Positions 26,519-35,822 of a DNA stretch of 64,000 bases are shown piece after piece. This DNA comes from an uncultured Candidatus Saccharibacteria bacterium (GTDB lineage Bacteria > Patescibacteriota > Saccharimonadia > Saccharimonadales > JAGQNJ01). Position 1 is the first letter of the stretch; each line of letters starts with the position of its first letter. Where the stretch lies: NCBI GenBank assembly GCA_965231045.1, contig OZ246406.1, forward strand, positions 450,208 to 514,207. Direction: 5' to 3'. A program made the position numbers and the translations under genes. The notes below the pieces were generated by a model that saw only the letters and a list, made by a program, of their open reading frames with translations, did not search any database and was not told where the DNA came from.

Positions 26519-27740
26519 ACCACCAGTGGTTGTTCTGCCAGAAGTTATAGGCTCCACTCCAGCCACCATATCGACGGGCATAGCCATTGAAGAAGTTCAG
26601 CTGACATACCGGATCAGTCTGCCAACTTGGGCAAGCATTTGCTAAGCTCTGGCTACAACTCTGTCCGAGACCGATACAGCGATTCGCACTGACAGCATTT
26701 GGTCGCCAGCCAGATTCTCGACCGATAATGTAATCAACGTAGACGTAATCACTTGAGCTAATACCCGCACCAGCCATCCAATCGGCCTTGCTGCCTGTTA
26801 GGGTGATTACTTTGGTGCCCTTAGCGACGGTTTGTTTTGTTGGTTCAGCTACAGTAATTGACTGGATTACGGTACGGCCGACTTCTTTGCCATTTTCTAG
26901 ATGGATTTCGTAGGTAACAACTTTTTTGCCTGGTGTTCCAGCAATCTTTATAACATTGGCTCCTACGGGTAGGGTTGGATCTTCAACCGTTTCAACTGGC
27001 ATAGGTATTGGCTCCTCAACAGTTATAACCTGCTTGTTTGGATTGGTTACATTAATGGTTGAGCCTGGCAACAACATCGTAGTAAGACTTGGCTGAATAA
27101 TATCATTAGGTTGTGTAACAATGTTCTTTTCTTTTAGTACATCGCCGACAGTTTTTGCCCAAGTTCGTATGGTTACAACGCTGCCATATAGGTTTAAATT
27201 GATTGTTGGTGCTCGATCAATTTGAAGCTGCTGCCCTACTGTACCTTCCTTCATGACACTTTGTGGTGATGACGGCACAACTCTATCTTCGAGGTTTAAT
27301 TTAAACCCGGCTTCTGTGGCAAGTCGTTGCGGGGAATCAACAGTAGTCAATAGAGTTACTTTTTTATCTCCTTCCACAACAGTGACCGGACGGGCCCTGT
27401 AGACATTTACTTGAAAATTATCTTCCAATATTTGTGTATCTGCCGACGGTTCAACAACGTCTTTTTCATTAAGAGTAATGTTAAGTCGTTTTAACAAATC
27501 ACCAACCGTTGGCGCTCGAGTTGGTAAAGTTTGTTGTTTGCCATCTACATAAACATTAACCAGCCTAGCATCACCAGGCCCAATAGTCTTACCACCAAAG
27601 CTTATAAAAGCGGCCAGAGTGATAAAAAATAAGATAATAAAAGTAGCTACAGGAACAATAAACGGATGTTTTCTAAACTTAATAATCCGTTTTTTGTGAG
27701 CCTTATATTGCTTGGCAAGCTTTTTGGTTCGTTTACTCAT
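26517..27740 (-). CDS. DUF348/G5-domain cell-wall protein with C-terminal transglycosylase-like domain (RpfB/YabE-like)
   Basis: N-terminal TM, repeated DUF348-like units, G5-like region, and C-terminal GRESGWRPNAV...GYARRYGGWSGAYNFWQNNHWW. Confidence 0.65.
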   Translation of the reverse strand: MSKRTKKLAKQYKAHKKRIIKFRKHPFIVPVATFIILFFITLAAFISFGGKTIGPGDARLVNVYVDGKQQTLPTRAPTVGDLLKRLNITLNEKDVVEPSADTQILEDNFQVNVYRARPVTVVEGDKKVTLLTTVDSPQRLATEAGFKLNLEDRVVPSSPQSVMKEGTVGQQLQIDRAPTINLNLYGSVVTIRTWAKTVGDVLKEKNIVTQPNDIIQPSLTTMLLPGSTINVTNPNKQVITVEEPIPMPVETVEDPTLPVGANVIKIAGTPGKKVVTYEIHLENGKEVGRTVIQSITVAEPTKQTVAKGTKVITLTGSKADWMAGAGISSSDYVYVDYIIGRESGWRPNAVSANRCIGLGQSCSQSLANACPSWQTDPVCQLNFFNGYARRYGGWSGAYNFWQNNHWW

Positions 27741-27828
27741 AAATGTAAGACAGATTGGATATTAAAAATTCCTAAACTGTCGCCCCTATTAAAGGACAAG
27801 TTGTATTGTAACAATATTTGACCCCTTA

Positions 27829-28275
27829 TTAAACTGTTAACATATCTAGAACTTCTTTGTTGGTATTTGTCTCATTAAGTGTTTTGGGATCGACCCACGC
27901 CGCCTCAATAATTTCAAACCCTTTGATCTTTGGCGTTGCCTGATCACTAATTTTGGCTTTGAAACGCTCACTTTTAAAATTCGCAAAATTTTCACGATAG
28001 CGGATGAGGCCAAGATATTTAATACTCTTGGGTTTAAGTTCAATCCCGGTTTCTTCTTTAGTCTCGCGGATAACCCCAGCAATCGGCTTCTCACCACGCT
28101 TAAGGCCACCGCCTGGCAATGACCATTTGCCATTTCCTAGAGTGCCCTTGACGAGCAAGACTTTGCCTTTTGACTCAATCAATATGCGGGTACGTGACCC
28201 AAAACGTAAATAGATTACAACTGGCAGCCACAAAATGACCGACATAATTTTGCCTAAAAAAATGCGAGTTTTCAT
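27829..28275 (-). CDS. NUDIX hydrolase
   Basis: Nudix box GGGLKRGEKPIAGVIRETKEETG. ATGA start/stop overlap with pcrA. Confidence 0.8.
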   Translation of the reverse strand: MKTRIFLGKIMSVILWLPVVIYLRFGSRTRILIESKGKVLLVKGTLGNGKWSLPGGGLKRGEKPIAGVIRETKEETGIELKPKSIKYLGLIRYRENFANFKSERFKAKISDQATPKIKGFEIIEAAWVDPKTLNETNTNKEVLDMLTV

Positions 28276-30440
28276 TCTAATTTCTCAAGTGGTGCGATGC
28301 TAATATCAAGCTTCTTACTACCTTTTCCCTTAAAGTAAATTGTTGCAATGTCGCCGTTAAGTTCAAGAATGGTACCAACCCCAAAAAGTTTGTGGCTAAC
28401 ACCATCGCCTTCTTCTAGATCAGGCACATATCGTGGTTCACTAGATGGTGCTTTGGGAGTGATCGGTGAATCAGCGAAAAACGATGGTTGCGTTCCAAAA
28501 GTTGTACTTGGTTGAAACGATGAGGCATTTACAGCGCTGGCGTCAACTTCCGACAGAAACCGACTAGGTGGATTGTGCTGCATGCCACCATACAACATAC
28601 GACTCGAGGCATAAACCATGTACAGCTCTTCTTTGGCCCGCGTCATACCCACGTAACAAAGTCGCCTTTCTTCTTCCATTTCACTTTGGTCATAAAGCGC
28701 GCGTGAATGCGGAAAAACCATTTCTTCCATACCAACCATGAATACCACTGGAAACTCTAGCCCTTTGGCGCTATGTATAGTCATTAACGTTACGGCTTCA
28801 TTATTGAAGTTAGCTTGATCAACATCACTAATGAGCGAAACTTCTTCTAAGAAACCATCGAGACCAAGCTCTTGATATTCTTGAGTTACACTGGCGAGCT
28901 CCTTAACGTTCTCTTGCCGAGATTCACCCTGAGCTGTACCATCATCCAAAAAGTTATAGTAATCAATCCTGCGTAGCAGTGAATCTAGCAAACCGGTAAC
29001 CGTTGCATCGGCCATAACTTCACGAAGTGAACCGAGCATATCACCTAATTCGACGAAGGCTTTCCGAGCCTTTGGTGTAATAGTGTCGCACTCGCCGCTT
29101 TTTTCAAGAGCATTCTGCAAAGTGTAGCTATTACTTTGTCGCCAAGCATGAAATTCTTGCAATGACTTTGTACCAATGCCGCGAGTTGGCACGTTAACAA
29201 TTCGGTCAAAACTCACCACATCATCAGGCTGATAAATGACCCTCAGGTAGGCCATGATGTCCTTAATTTCTTTTCGATCATAAAAACGCACACCACCAAC
29301 AATTCGATATGGGATGCCGTACTGTATAAAAATCTCTTCCACTGAACGACTCTGGGCATTAGTCCGATAAAGTACAGCATAGTCGCTATAACTTCGCCCT
29401 GTATCAATCCCATACTTAATACGACGTACCAACGCCTCGCCTTCACTTCGTTCACTATTGACCGGTACAACTTGAACTGGCAGGCCACTATCACTGGCTG
29501 TCCAAAGTTTTTTGTCGGAACGTTGTTCATTTTTAGTAATTACCGCATGTGCCGCATCCAAAATATGCTTCGTGCTGCGATAATTTTGCTCCAGTTTTAT
29601 AACTGTACATTTAGGATAATCTTTTTCGAAGTTTAATATATTCTTGAAATCAGCCCCACGCCACGAATAAATACTCTGCCAATCATCGCCAACCACCGCG
29701 ATATTTTTATCAGCACTCGTTAGTAGTTTTACTAATTTGTACTGGGCAGCATTAGTATCCTGATATTCGTCGATCATGATGTATTTAAACTGCTTCTGCC
29801 ACTTCTCTCTTATTTCTTGCTGAGTGTCTAGCATGTGGACGGTACGCGCAATCAAATCATCAAAATCAAGAGCTTTAGCATCCTTAAGGGCCTTTTGATA
29901 CAACGGATAAATCTGGGCGGCTGTTTTTTGCGCGGGGCTTCTAGCCATGCCATCATATTCTGCAGGAGTAAGCATTTCATTCTTAGCGCTACTAATAAGT
30001 CCGCCAATATTTCGTGGCGGAAAAGCTTTTTCATCAACATGTAGCTGTTTGGATATTTGCTTTATGGTAGCCGTACGATCCGACTCATCAAAGATAACAA
30101 AGTTTTTGGGTATACGAACATAATCTCCGTCTTGGCGTAATAGGCGTACGCAGATACTGTGAAACGTGCCCATGAATGGCATGAAGGAACGATTGTCAGG
30201 GCTCTCGCCCAGTAGCATCGCCACTCGCTCGCGCATTTCTTTGGCAGCTTTGTTGGTGAATGTTACGGCCAGTATGTTATATGGTGAAGCTAAACGTTTG
30301 TGGATCAAATAGGCAATTCGATGGGTCAGGGTTTTTGTTTTGCCACTTCCTGCCCCAGCTTGAATTAACAACGGTCCTTCGGTTGTTTCAACCGCACGTT
30401 GTTGTTCTGGATTTAACCCCTCGAGTAATTCTTGCACCAA
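28272..30440 (-). CDS. pcrA: ATP-dependent DNA helicase PcrA/UvrD
   Basis: 722 aa. AGAGSGKT, IMIDEYQDTN, and GLEFPVVF...VGMTRAKE motifs. Confidence 0.9.
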   Translation of the reverse strand: MVQELLEGLNPEQQRAVETTEGPLLIQAGAGSGKTKTLTHRIAYLIHKRLASPYNILAVTFTNKAAKEMRERVAMLLGESPDNRSFMPFMGTFHSICVRLLRQDGDYVRIPKNFVIFDESDRTATIKQISKQLHVDEKAFPPRNIGGLISSAKNEMLTPAEYDGMARSPAQKTAAQIYPLYQKALKDAKALDFDDLIARTVHMLDTQQEIREKWQKQFKYIMIDEYQDTNAAQYKLVKLLTSADKNIAVVGDDWQSIYSWRGADFKNILNFEKDYPKCTVIKLEQNYRSTKHILDAAHAVITKNEQRSDKKLWTASDSGLPVQVVPVNSERSEGEALVRRIKYGIDTGRSYSDYAVLYRTNAQSRSVEEIFIQYGIPYRIVGGVRFYDRKEIKDIMAYLRVIYQPDDVVSFDRIVNVPTRGIGTKSLQEFHAWRQSNSYTLQNALEKSGECDTITPKARKAFVELGDMLGSLREVMADATVTGLLDSLLRRIDYYNFLDDGTAQGESRQENVKELASVTQEYQELGLDGFLEEVSLISDVDQANFNNEAVTLMTIHSAKGLEFPVVFMVGMEEMVFPHSRALYDQSEMEEERRLCYVGMTRAKEELYMVYASSRMLYGGMQHNPPSRFLSEVDASAVNASSFQPSTTFGTQPSFFADSPITPKAPSSEPRYVPDLEEGDGVSHKLFGVGTILELNGDIATIYFKGKGSKKLDISIAPLEKLE

Positions 30441-30478
30441 GTTATTGTATCAGGCTTCTATGCGTTATTTGTGTTGTT

Positions 30479-31444
30479 TTAGTTATCAGGAAAGATATTG
30501 GTTAGTGGTTTTATATCTGTCTTAATAAGTCCCGCATCGACTGCAAAATTTGCCCCAACAATACACAGTATTAAAATAAGCAATACGGCTAGCAGTAAGT
30601 TTCGATCTTTGCGCCGACGAGTAACCTGACCAATCGGTAAAAAGTATTTCTTGCTCTCAACAAGCTTATCCATCTTCTCTTGGTGAGCCTTTAATTCTTT
30701 TTCTTCCTGATCTTCGTGCTTTTTGTTAGCAGCTTTTTTTGCCAGCTCATCCACTAAACCATCTGAACCATCGGGGTTAGTCTTTGGTTTTGAATCCGAA
30801 TCATCTTCGTCCTTTTCATCTGTCTTGTCTTCAGATTTATCAACTGTGTCAGTATCATCATTTTCCTCTTTGTCAGTATCATCCGGCTTGTCTTCATCGC
30901 CCCGGGTTTCGTCTTTGTCTTCCGTCTTATCAATGCTTTTGGTTGGTTGGATAACCTTTTCGGGTTTGGCCTCGAGTGGCGCAGCTTCTACTTCTTTTGA
31001 ATCATCTTCTTTTGATTCATCTTTATCGTCGGCTTCAATAATTTCTTTAACGGCTGGAATGGCCGTGCCTTTAGTAGATTCGCTTGGTGTATCTTCGTCG
31101 ACAGTTGGCTTTTTGTCGTCAGATTTTTCGTCTTTAAGCTCTGGTTTGGCTTCGGGTTTATCTGACTCCACATCATCCTTAAGTTCACCATCTTCTGTAA
31201 TACTAATTGCAGCTGGTTTCGTACGTTTTAAGTTTTTGTAACGTGAGACTTTGTCATCAATAACCGGCGGTCCAGGAATCATGTCGTCCTTTTCGCCCTT
31301 CCTAACCATGGGATCCTGAACTATTGGCTTACGGCTTACAATAATTGGGCGGCTACTTGCGTCCGGCTCAGATTTGCCAGGATGACTTACATCCATTATT
31401 GCTTTTTTGTCGCTTGAGTCTGCATTAGATTTTTTGGGCATCAT
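30479..31444 (-). CDS. highly acidic low-complexity protein with C-terminal TM anchor
   Basis: 321 aa. D/E/K-rich, with C-terminal LLLAVLLILILCIVGANFAV. ATGA overlap with the tpiA stop. Confidence 0.55.
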   Translation of the reverse strand: MMPKKSNADSSDKKAIMDVSHPGKSEPDASSRPIIVSRKPIVQDPMVRKGEKDDMIPGPPVIDDKVSRYKNLKRTKPAAISITEDGELKDDVESDKPEAKPELKDEKSDDKKPTVDEDTPSESTKGTAIPAVKEIIEADDKDESKEDDSKEVEAAPLEAKPEKVIQPTKSIDKTEDKDETRGDEDKPDDTDKEENDDTDTVDKSEDKTDEKDEDDSDSKPKTNPDGSDGLVDELAKKAANKKHEDQEEKELKAHQEKMDKLVESKKYFLPIGQVTRRRKDRNLLLAVLLILILCIVGANFAVDAGLIKTDIKPLTNIFPDN

Positions 31445-32238
31445 TCCTCTCCTTGTTCGGATTGCATTTTGTAGGCAATGTCAGTCATACGCGAAAACTC
31501 ATGATAATTAAGACTAGCCCCGCCTGGCAACAACCCATCAATGCCAGGGATTGAAAGATAGGCTCGGGCATTTTCTGAAGTTGAACTTCCTCCATAAAGT
31601 ACCCGCACATCTTCACCAGCCTTTTTGCCATATAGATCAGAAACAGTTTTTCGGATTAATGTTACGGCTTTTTCAACTTCATCTGGTTTAGCAATTTCGT
31701 GATGTGCGTAGTTCATACCGTTACTGATAGCCCAAACAGGCTCATAGGCAATAACCATGTTTTTGACTTCGCGGGCTGTAAGATTGCTAATAGCTGTTGT
31801 TAGTTGATCGTGAATTACTCGTCGGGTTTCGCCAGCTAGCTTTTCACTCTTGGTTTCACCAACACAGAGTATTGGTGTAATGTCATTTCGCACACAGGCT
31901 GCAACCTTATCACGAATCATCGCTAGATCTTCACCAAAAACATGCCGTCTCTCCGAGTGCCCAATAATGACATAGTGGACTAGGTCTCGAAGCATATTGA
32001 ATGATACTTCACCTGTAAATGCACCTTCGTCTTTAAAGTAGGCATTTTGGGCTGCCAAACGAAATTTGCGACGATCGAGCTGTACACTAAGTGGCTGTAA
32101 AACCAGCATGCTCGGAGCCAATACCACCTCAACATTGCGGTAGATCTTGATCCGCTCCTGAAGTCGGTGCATCAACAAACTTGCCTGTGAGGCGTTGAGA
32201 TGCATTTTCCAGTTACCAACAATTATTATCTTTCGCAT
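31441..32238 (-). CDS. tpiA: triosephosphate isomerase
   Basis: GNWKMH, IIGHSERR, and AYEPVWAI motifs. Confidence 0.92.
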   Translation of the reverse strand: MRKIIIVGNWKMHLNASQASLLMHRLQERIKIYRNVEVVLAPSMLVLQPLSVQLDRRKFRLAAQNAYFKDEGAFTGEVSFNMLRDLVHYVIIGHSERRHVFGEDLAMIRDKVAACVRNDITPILCVGETKSEKLAGETRRVIHDQLTTAISNLTAREVKNMVIAYEPVWAISNGMNYAHHEIAKPDEVEKAVTLIRKTVSDLYGKKAGEDVRVLYGGSSTSENARAYLSIPGIDGLLPGGASLNYHEFSRMTDIAYKMQSEQGEE

Positions 32239-32324
32239 ACTTTTCTATTCTTCTTATGCTTCAGTGTACCACAGTTCTCAGTTACTTTGGACCGCCAAAG
32301 TAACCAAAACTCTTGGGCTAACGT

Positions 32325-32425
32325 TTTTTCTTTATGAAGCCTCTGCTCAAGCCTGACAACAGCCTCGAGAACTCACGTTGTTCAAACAACTCTCGACTAA
32401 TGGTTGTCAGTTTGAAGAGCTTACA
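32325..32425 (+). repeat. G+C-rich intergenic repeat, copy E (inside the 322-nt pgk-tpiA spacer)
   Basis: TATGA 32333-32337, ACAACAGCCTC 32356-32366 (identical to 4783-4793), AACTC, and TAATGGTTGTCAGTTTG (compare TATAGTTGTGCCTTTG in copy A) are collinear with copy A. Confidence 0.5.
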
Positions 32426-32560
32426 AAGGAAAAAGCCGATGCCAAAACTTGCAAATGACCATTCTTTACAAAATTGCATGGAACGAGTTCTTAGTTTTAA
32501 CAGGGTCCAGCGTAGTGCTGGCGAAGCCAAAGCGCACTGTTAAAACTATAGTAGGAGTGG

Positions 32561-33853
32561 TTATTTATCTTGCAAGGCTTCTACGCCCGGTAGTTTTTTA
32601 CCACTCATAAGATCCATGCTGGCGCCACCACCAGTCGAGGCGTGGTCAAATGAATTGATCAATCCTCGTTTCTCTATATAGCCAACGGTGTCACCACCCC
32701 CAACGATAGATTTTGGACGATGGCCGAATTCACCCATCATGGCTTCGATGATAAGTTCTGTGCCATGAGCAAATGGCCCAACTGGCCCATGTATACTAGG
32801 GGTCTCTGTAACTCCCATGACACCGTTCCAAATGACTGTTTCCATATTTTGCATTGCCCCAGCAATAAATGCGCCTGAAAACGGACCGATATCCAATATA
32901 AGTTCGTTACTCAACAAATCCTCTGAGCGATGAGGTGGAAGTTTTGGATAGTTTTCTATCTCAGCAATTACATGAGCTTGCCAATCAACGATCCGGGTAT
33001 GAGCACTTTTATCTAAACTCGTAGCCACGACTCCGTCCTGTGGCAGATAAAAGATAAATTTTCGGGCTTTGGCCTCTTTTTTAGCCCTTTCGATTATTTT
33101 TTCGGCTAGTGGTAAATCATCTTTATCCCAAAGGCTCTTAGCAATATCAATTCCTTCGGCCTTTAGAAAGTTATTAGCCATAGCCCCGCCAACTGCCACA
33201 AAATCCGCAATGTCTAAAAAGCGGTTCAAAATATCTAGTTTGTCAGCAATTTTAGCGCCACCAATTATTGCCATAAGTGGCCGTTTTGGATTGTGCATTG
33301 CCTCAGTAATGGTATCCACTTCTTTTTGAAGCAAAAGGCCGGCAACACTTGGCAAAAACTTAGTAACTGCATCAGTTGAGGCATGAGCACGGTGAACCAC
33401 ACCGAAACCATCCTGAACAAAAATATCTGCATAGCCGGCTAATTGTTTGGCAAAATCTTTGTCGTTAGCTTCTTCTTCGGGGTGAAACCGCAAATTTTCA
33501 AGCAACAAGATATGCCCAGTTCGAAGATGTTTGAGCTTTTCTTCAACTTGCGGCCCAACACAATCATCAGCAAAGTCAACTTTATACGGAAAATGCTTAT
33601 CCAAATAAGCTGCCACAGGATGTAAGCTCATTTTTGGGTTAACTTTGCCTTCTGGTCGACCAGCATGCGAGCAAACTACAATCTTGGCACCATGATCCAT
33701 CAGATATTTCAATGTTGGGAAAGATTGATCGATGCGATAGGTATCATAAATCCCCCCCTTGTCATCAAACGGCACATTATAGTCAGCCCGAAGCAATACT
33801 GTCTTGTTCTGGAGATTAATGTCTTTTATCGTTTTCTTTACGAACATGTCCAC
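32561..33853 (-). CDS. pgk: phosphoglycerate kinase
   Basis: LLRADYNVP, CSHAGRP, and GGGDT...STGGGA motifs. Confidence 0.92.
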   Translation of the reverse strand: MDMFVKKTIKDINLQNKTVLLRADYNVPFDDKGGIYDTYRIDQSFPTLKYLMDHGAKIVVCSHAGRPEGKVNPKMSLHPVAAYLDKHFPYKVDFADDCVGPQVEEKLKHLRTGHILLLENLRFHPEEEANDKDFAKQLAGYADIFVQDGFGVVHRAHASTDAVTKFLPSVAGLLLQKEVDTITEAMHNPKRPLMAIIGGAKIADKLDILNRFLDIADFVAVGGAMANNFLKAEGIDIAKSLWDKDDLPLAEKIIERAKKEAKARKFIFYLPQDGVVATSLDKSAHTRIVDWQAHVIAEIENYPKLPPHRSEDLLSNELILDIGPFSGAFIAGAMQNMETVIWNGVMGVTETPSIHGPVGPFAHGTELIIEAMMGEFGHRPKSIVGGGDTVGYIEKRGLINSFDHASTGGGASMDLMSGKKLPGVEALQDK

Positions 33854-33862
33854 CCTTTGTTT

Positions 33863-35296
33863 CTATTCTATAACACGAACCTTGATCGTGTCTGTTGCCC
33901 CAACAACCCCTGGATATTTACCAGAGGCCGTCACGACGATATCGCCCTTCTTGAGAACTTTATGATGTTTGAGCCAATCTGTTAATTTCTGTGCTGCCAA
34001 CCTGTGAACCGGACGCACGTAACTTTTGGTTCCATAAACAAGTGATAACTGATGCGCCACTAAACTATCGGATGTAACGGCAATTATAGGCAAATTTGGC
34101 CGACGTCCGGCAATCTCAAGTGCTGTGGCACCAGATTTTGTCTCGGCCACGATAGCCTTGGCTTTTACTGATTCCGCCAGATTAACAATGGCATCACAAA
34201 CTGCACTCTGCTTGGTCGTATCCGAATTATCGTTAAACGTAGCCGTGACTGGCGAGTTATCTTGGGTATACAAAATCACTCGTTTCATTACTTTCACTGA
34301 TTCAGTTGGATATTTACCGTTGGCTGTTTCATCACTAAGCATTACAGCATCGGCACCCACAATAACTGCGGTTGCAATATCCGAAACTTCGGCACGAGTT
34401 GGCTCGGGGGCTTCGGTCATGCTCATAAGCATTTGAGTTGCTACTATCGTTGGTTTTTTATATTTTAGCCCTAGCCCAATCATTCGTCGCTGTAAAACGG
34501 GTATGGATTCAGGTGTAGTTTCATAAGCCAGATCACCTCTGGCGATCATAACTACATCAGCTACTTCGAATATTTTCTCGATGTTTTCGATGGCCGCTTT
34601 GGTTTCAACCTTGGCTATCACCTTAGCTTTGCTGCCCACGTTTTTAAGTTCAGTCATGATTTTGTAGATATCATGTTCTGATTGCACAAAACTCAATGCC
34701 ACATAGTCAATATCGTGGGTTGATCCAAAAACAATATCTTTTCTATCCTTATCAGTAATTATATCGCCACCAAAATCTGTGTCTGGCAAGTTTATGCCTT
34801 TTCGTTTGATTAGCACGCCTTCATTTTCTGCACGAGCATGTACTACGCCATCAACCACAGCAGTAATAGTTGTTCTTATACGACCATCGGCAAGTAATAA
34901 TTGCTCGCCACGTTTCACTTTCTGAGATAAATCATACTGTGTCGGGATAAGTTTACTGCGTTCAAAATCAGCATCGTATTTAAATCTAAGTTCTTGGCCA
35001 GGTTGGACTGGGATAACTCCATCAAAGTCGCCTAGGCGAATCTTAGGACCCTGTAAATCCTGAATAATTGCTGCGGGTTTGCCATATTCCTTAGAAGCTT
35101 TGCGAATCCATTTTATCTGTTGTATTCGCTCCTCATATGTACCATGACTAAAATTCAACCGGATACCATTTGCTCCGGCGGCAATCAAATCATATATAGC
35201 CTGGTAGCTATTTGTCGCTGGCCCCACCGTGGCAATAATTTTTGTCCGCTTAAACTTCGCCAGCGGGACACTTGGTGCTTTACTGGTTGAATCCAT
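33863..35296 (-). CDS. pyk: pyruvate kinase
   Basis: TKIIATVGPA, NFSHG, MIARGDLA and MLSDETA motifs. Confidence 0.92.
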   Translation of the reverse strand: MDSTSKAPSVPLAKFKRTKIIATVGPATNSYQAIYDLIAAGANGIRLNFSHGTYEERIQQIKWIRKASKEYGKPAAIIQDLQGPKIRLGDFDGVIPVQPGQELRFKYDADFERSKLIPTQYDLSQKVKRGEQLLLADGRIRTTITAVVDGVVHARAENEGVLIKRKGINLPDTDFGGDIITDKDRKDIVFGSTHDIDYVALSFVQSEHDIYKIMTELKNVGSKAKVIAKVETKAAIENIEKIFEVADVVMIARGDLAYETTPESIPVLQRRMIGLGLKYKKPTIVATQMLMSMTEAPEPTRAEVSDIATAVIVGADAVMLSDETANGKYPTESVKVMKRVILYTQDNSPVTATFNDNSDTTKQSAVCDAIVNLAESVKAKAIVAETKSGATALEIAGRRPNLPIIAVTSDSLVAHQLSLVYGTKSYVRPVHRLAAQKLTDWLKHHKVLKKGDIVVTASGKYPGVVGATDTIKVRVIE

Positions 35297-35370
35297 ATTC
35301 CCTACTAGTGTACTTGCTTATGGTTACCAGATACAAGACTTTATACAAATAAAAAGTTTACCAAAAAAAT

Positions 35371-35401
35371 TAAAAAGCCCAGCCGATGCTGCGCTCTTTT
35401 T
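35371..35401 (-). terminator. intrinsic terminator after the displaced tRNA-Glu 3'-end copy
   Basis: Minus strand reads AGCGCAGC-ATCG-GCTGGGCT (one mismatch) followed by TTTTTAATTTTTTT. Confidence 0.5.
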
Positions 35402-35419
35402 GGTGACCTCAAGGGGAAT
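35401..35419 (-). repeat. 19-nt exact duplicate of the tRNA-Glu 3' end
   Basis: TGGTGACCTCAAGGGGAAT at 35401-35419 is identical to 35531-35549. Confidence 0.9.
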
Positions 35420-35530
35420 GTTGCTTCGCAACCGTTCGTTCCACTCACGAACGAACCGCCTGACGGGCTTCGAGCTCGCCTTTGGCGAGCAACCACGCAA
35501 AAGCCCGAGTACACAACTCGGGCATTCACG
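35420..35530 (+). repeat. 111-nt insert between tRNA-Glu and its 3'-end duplicate; partial member of the G+C-rich repeat family
   Basis: Collinear with copy A: GAACCG 35453/4735, GAC.GGCT(T)CG, GCAACCAC 35489-35496/4763-4770, CAAA(A)GC, and ACACAAC 35511-35517/4781-4787. Hairpins are GTTGC-TTC-GCAAC, CGTTCGT-TCCACTC-ACGAACG and GCTCGCC-TTT-GGCGAGC. Confidence 0.55.
35497..35523 (-). terminator. intrinsic terminator 8 nt after the tRNA-Glu 3' end (inside the insert)
   Basis: Minus strand reads GCCCGAG-TTGTGTA-CTCGGGC followed by TTTTG. Confidence 0.6.
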
Positions 35531-35605
35531 TGGTGACCTCAAGGGGAATCGAACCCCTATTGCCAGGATGAAAACCTGGTGTCCTAACCGTTAGACGATG
35601 AGGCC
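35531..35605 (-). tRNA. tRNA-Glu (anticodon UUC), CCA encoded
   Basis: GGCCTCATCGTCTAACGGTTAGGACACCAGGTTTTCATCCTGGCAATAGGGGTTCGATTCCCCTTGAGGTCACCA folds as a cloverleaf. Anticodon stem CCAGG/CCTGG, loop UUUUCAU. Confidence 0.9.
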
Positions 35606-35620
35606 AGATTTTGAGAAATC

Positions 35621-35646
35621 GGGGGCTCATACAAAGTATGAGGCCC
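35621..35646 (-). other. hairpin 16 nt upstream of tRNA-Glu whose 5' arm repeats the tRNA 5' acceptor strand
   Basis: Minus strand reads GGGCCTCATA-CTTTG-TATGAGCCCC. GGCCTCAT equals tRNA nt 1-8. Confidence 0.35.
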
Positions 35647-35704
35647 TGCTAGCTAACTTTTCATATCTGTTAGTAACCGGCAAATTGTACCATAAAACTG
35701 AGGA

Positions 35705-35733
35705 AAGAAAAACCCCTGGAGTCAGGGGTTTTA
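35705..35733. terminator. bidirectional intrinsic terminator (ends the sortase/LPXTG operon)
   Basis: AAAAA-ACCCCTG-GAGT-CAGGGGT-TTTTA. Confidence 0.65.
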
Positions 35734-35822
35734 TAAGACTTTTGAGAGCGGTCAGTCAGTGCTCTATCTGGTTAAGATAGTAGCACATTTTTGACGAATG
35801 CGCTACTACTTATCCACAGTGT

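Noticed and set aside
30723-31241. Ser-rich 172-aa plus-strand ORF, plus similar antisense ORFs at 37758-38451
   Set aside because: These are mirror-frame artefacts of low-complexity D/E/K-rich and P/T-rich genes on the minus strand.
35401-35419. Reading the tRNA 3'-end complements (TGG...) as retroelement primer-binding sites
   Set aside because: The 17-19-nt length and the TGG start are PBS-like. However, no reverse transcriptase, LTR-like repeat or polypurine tract is visible in the window, and the integrase att-core explanation needs fewer assumptions. I kept it only as an alternative hypothesis.
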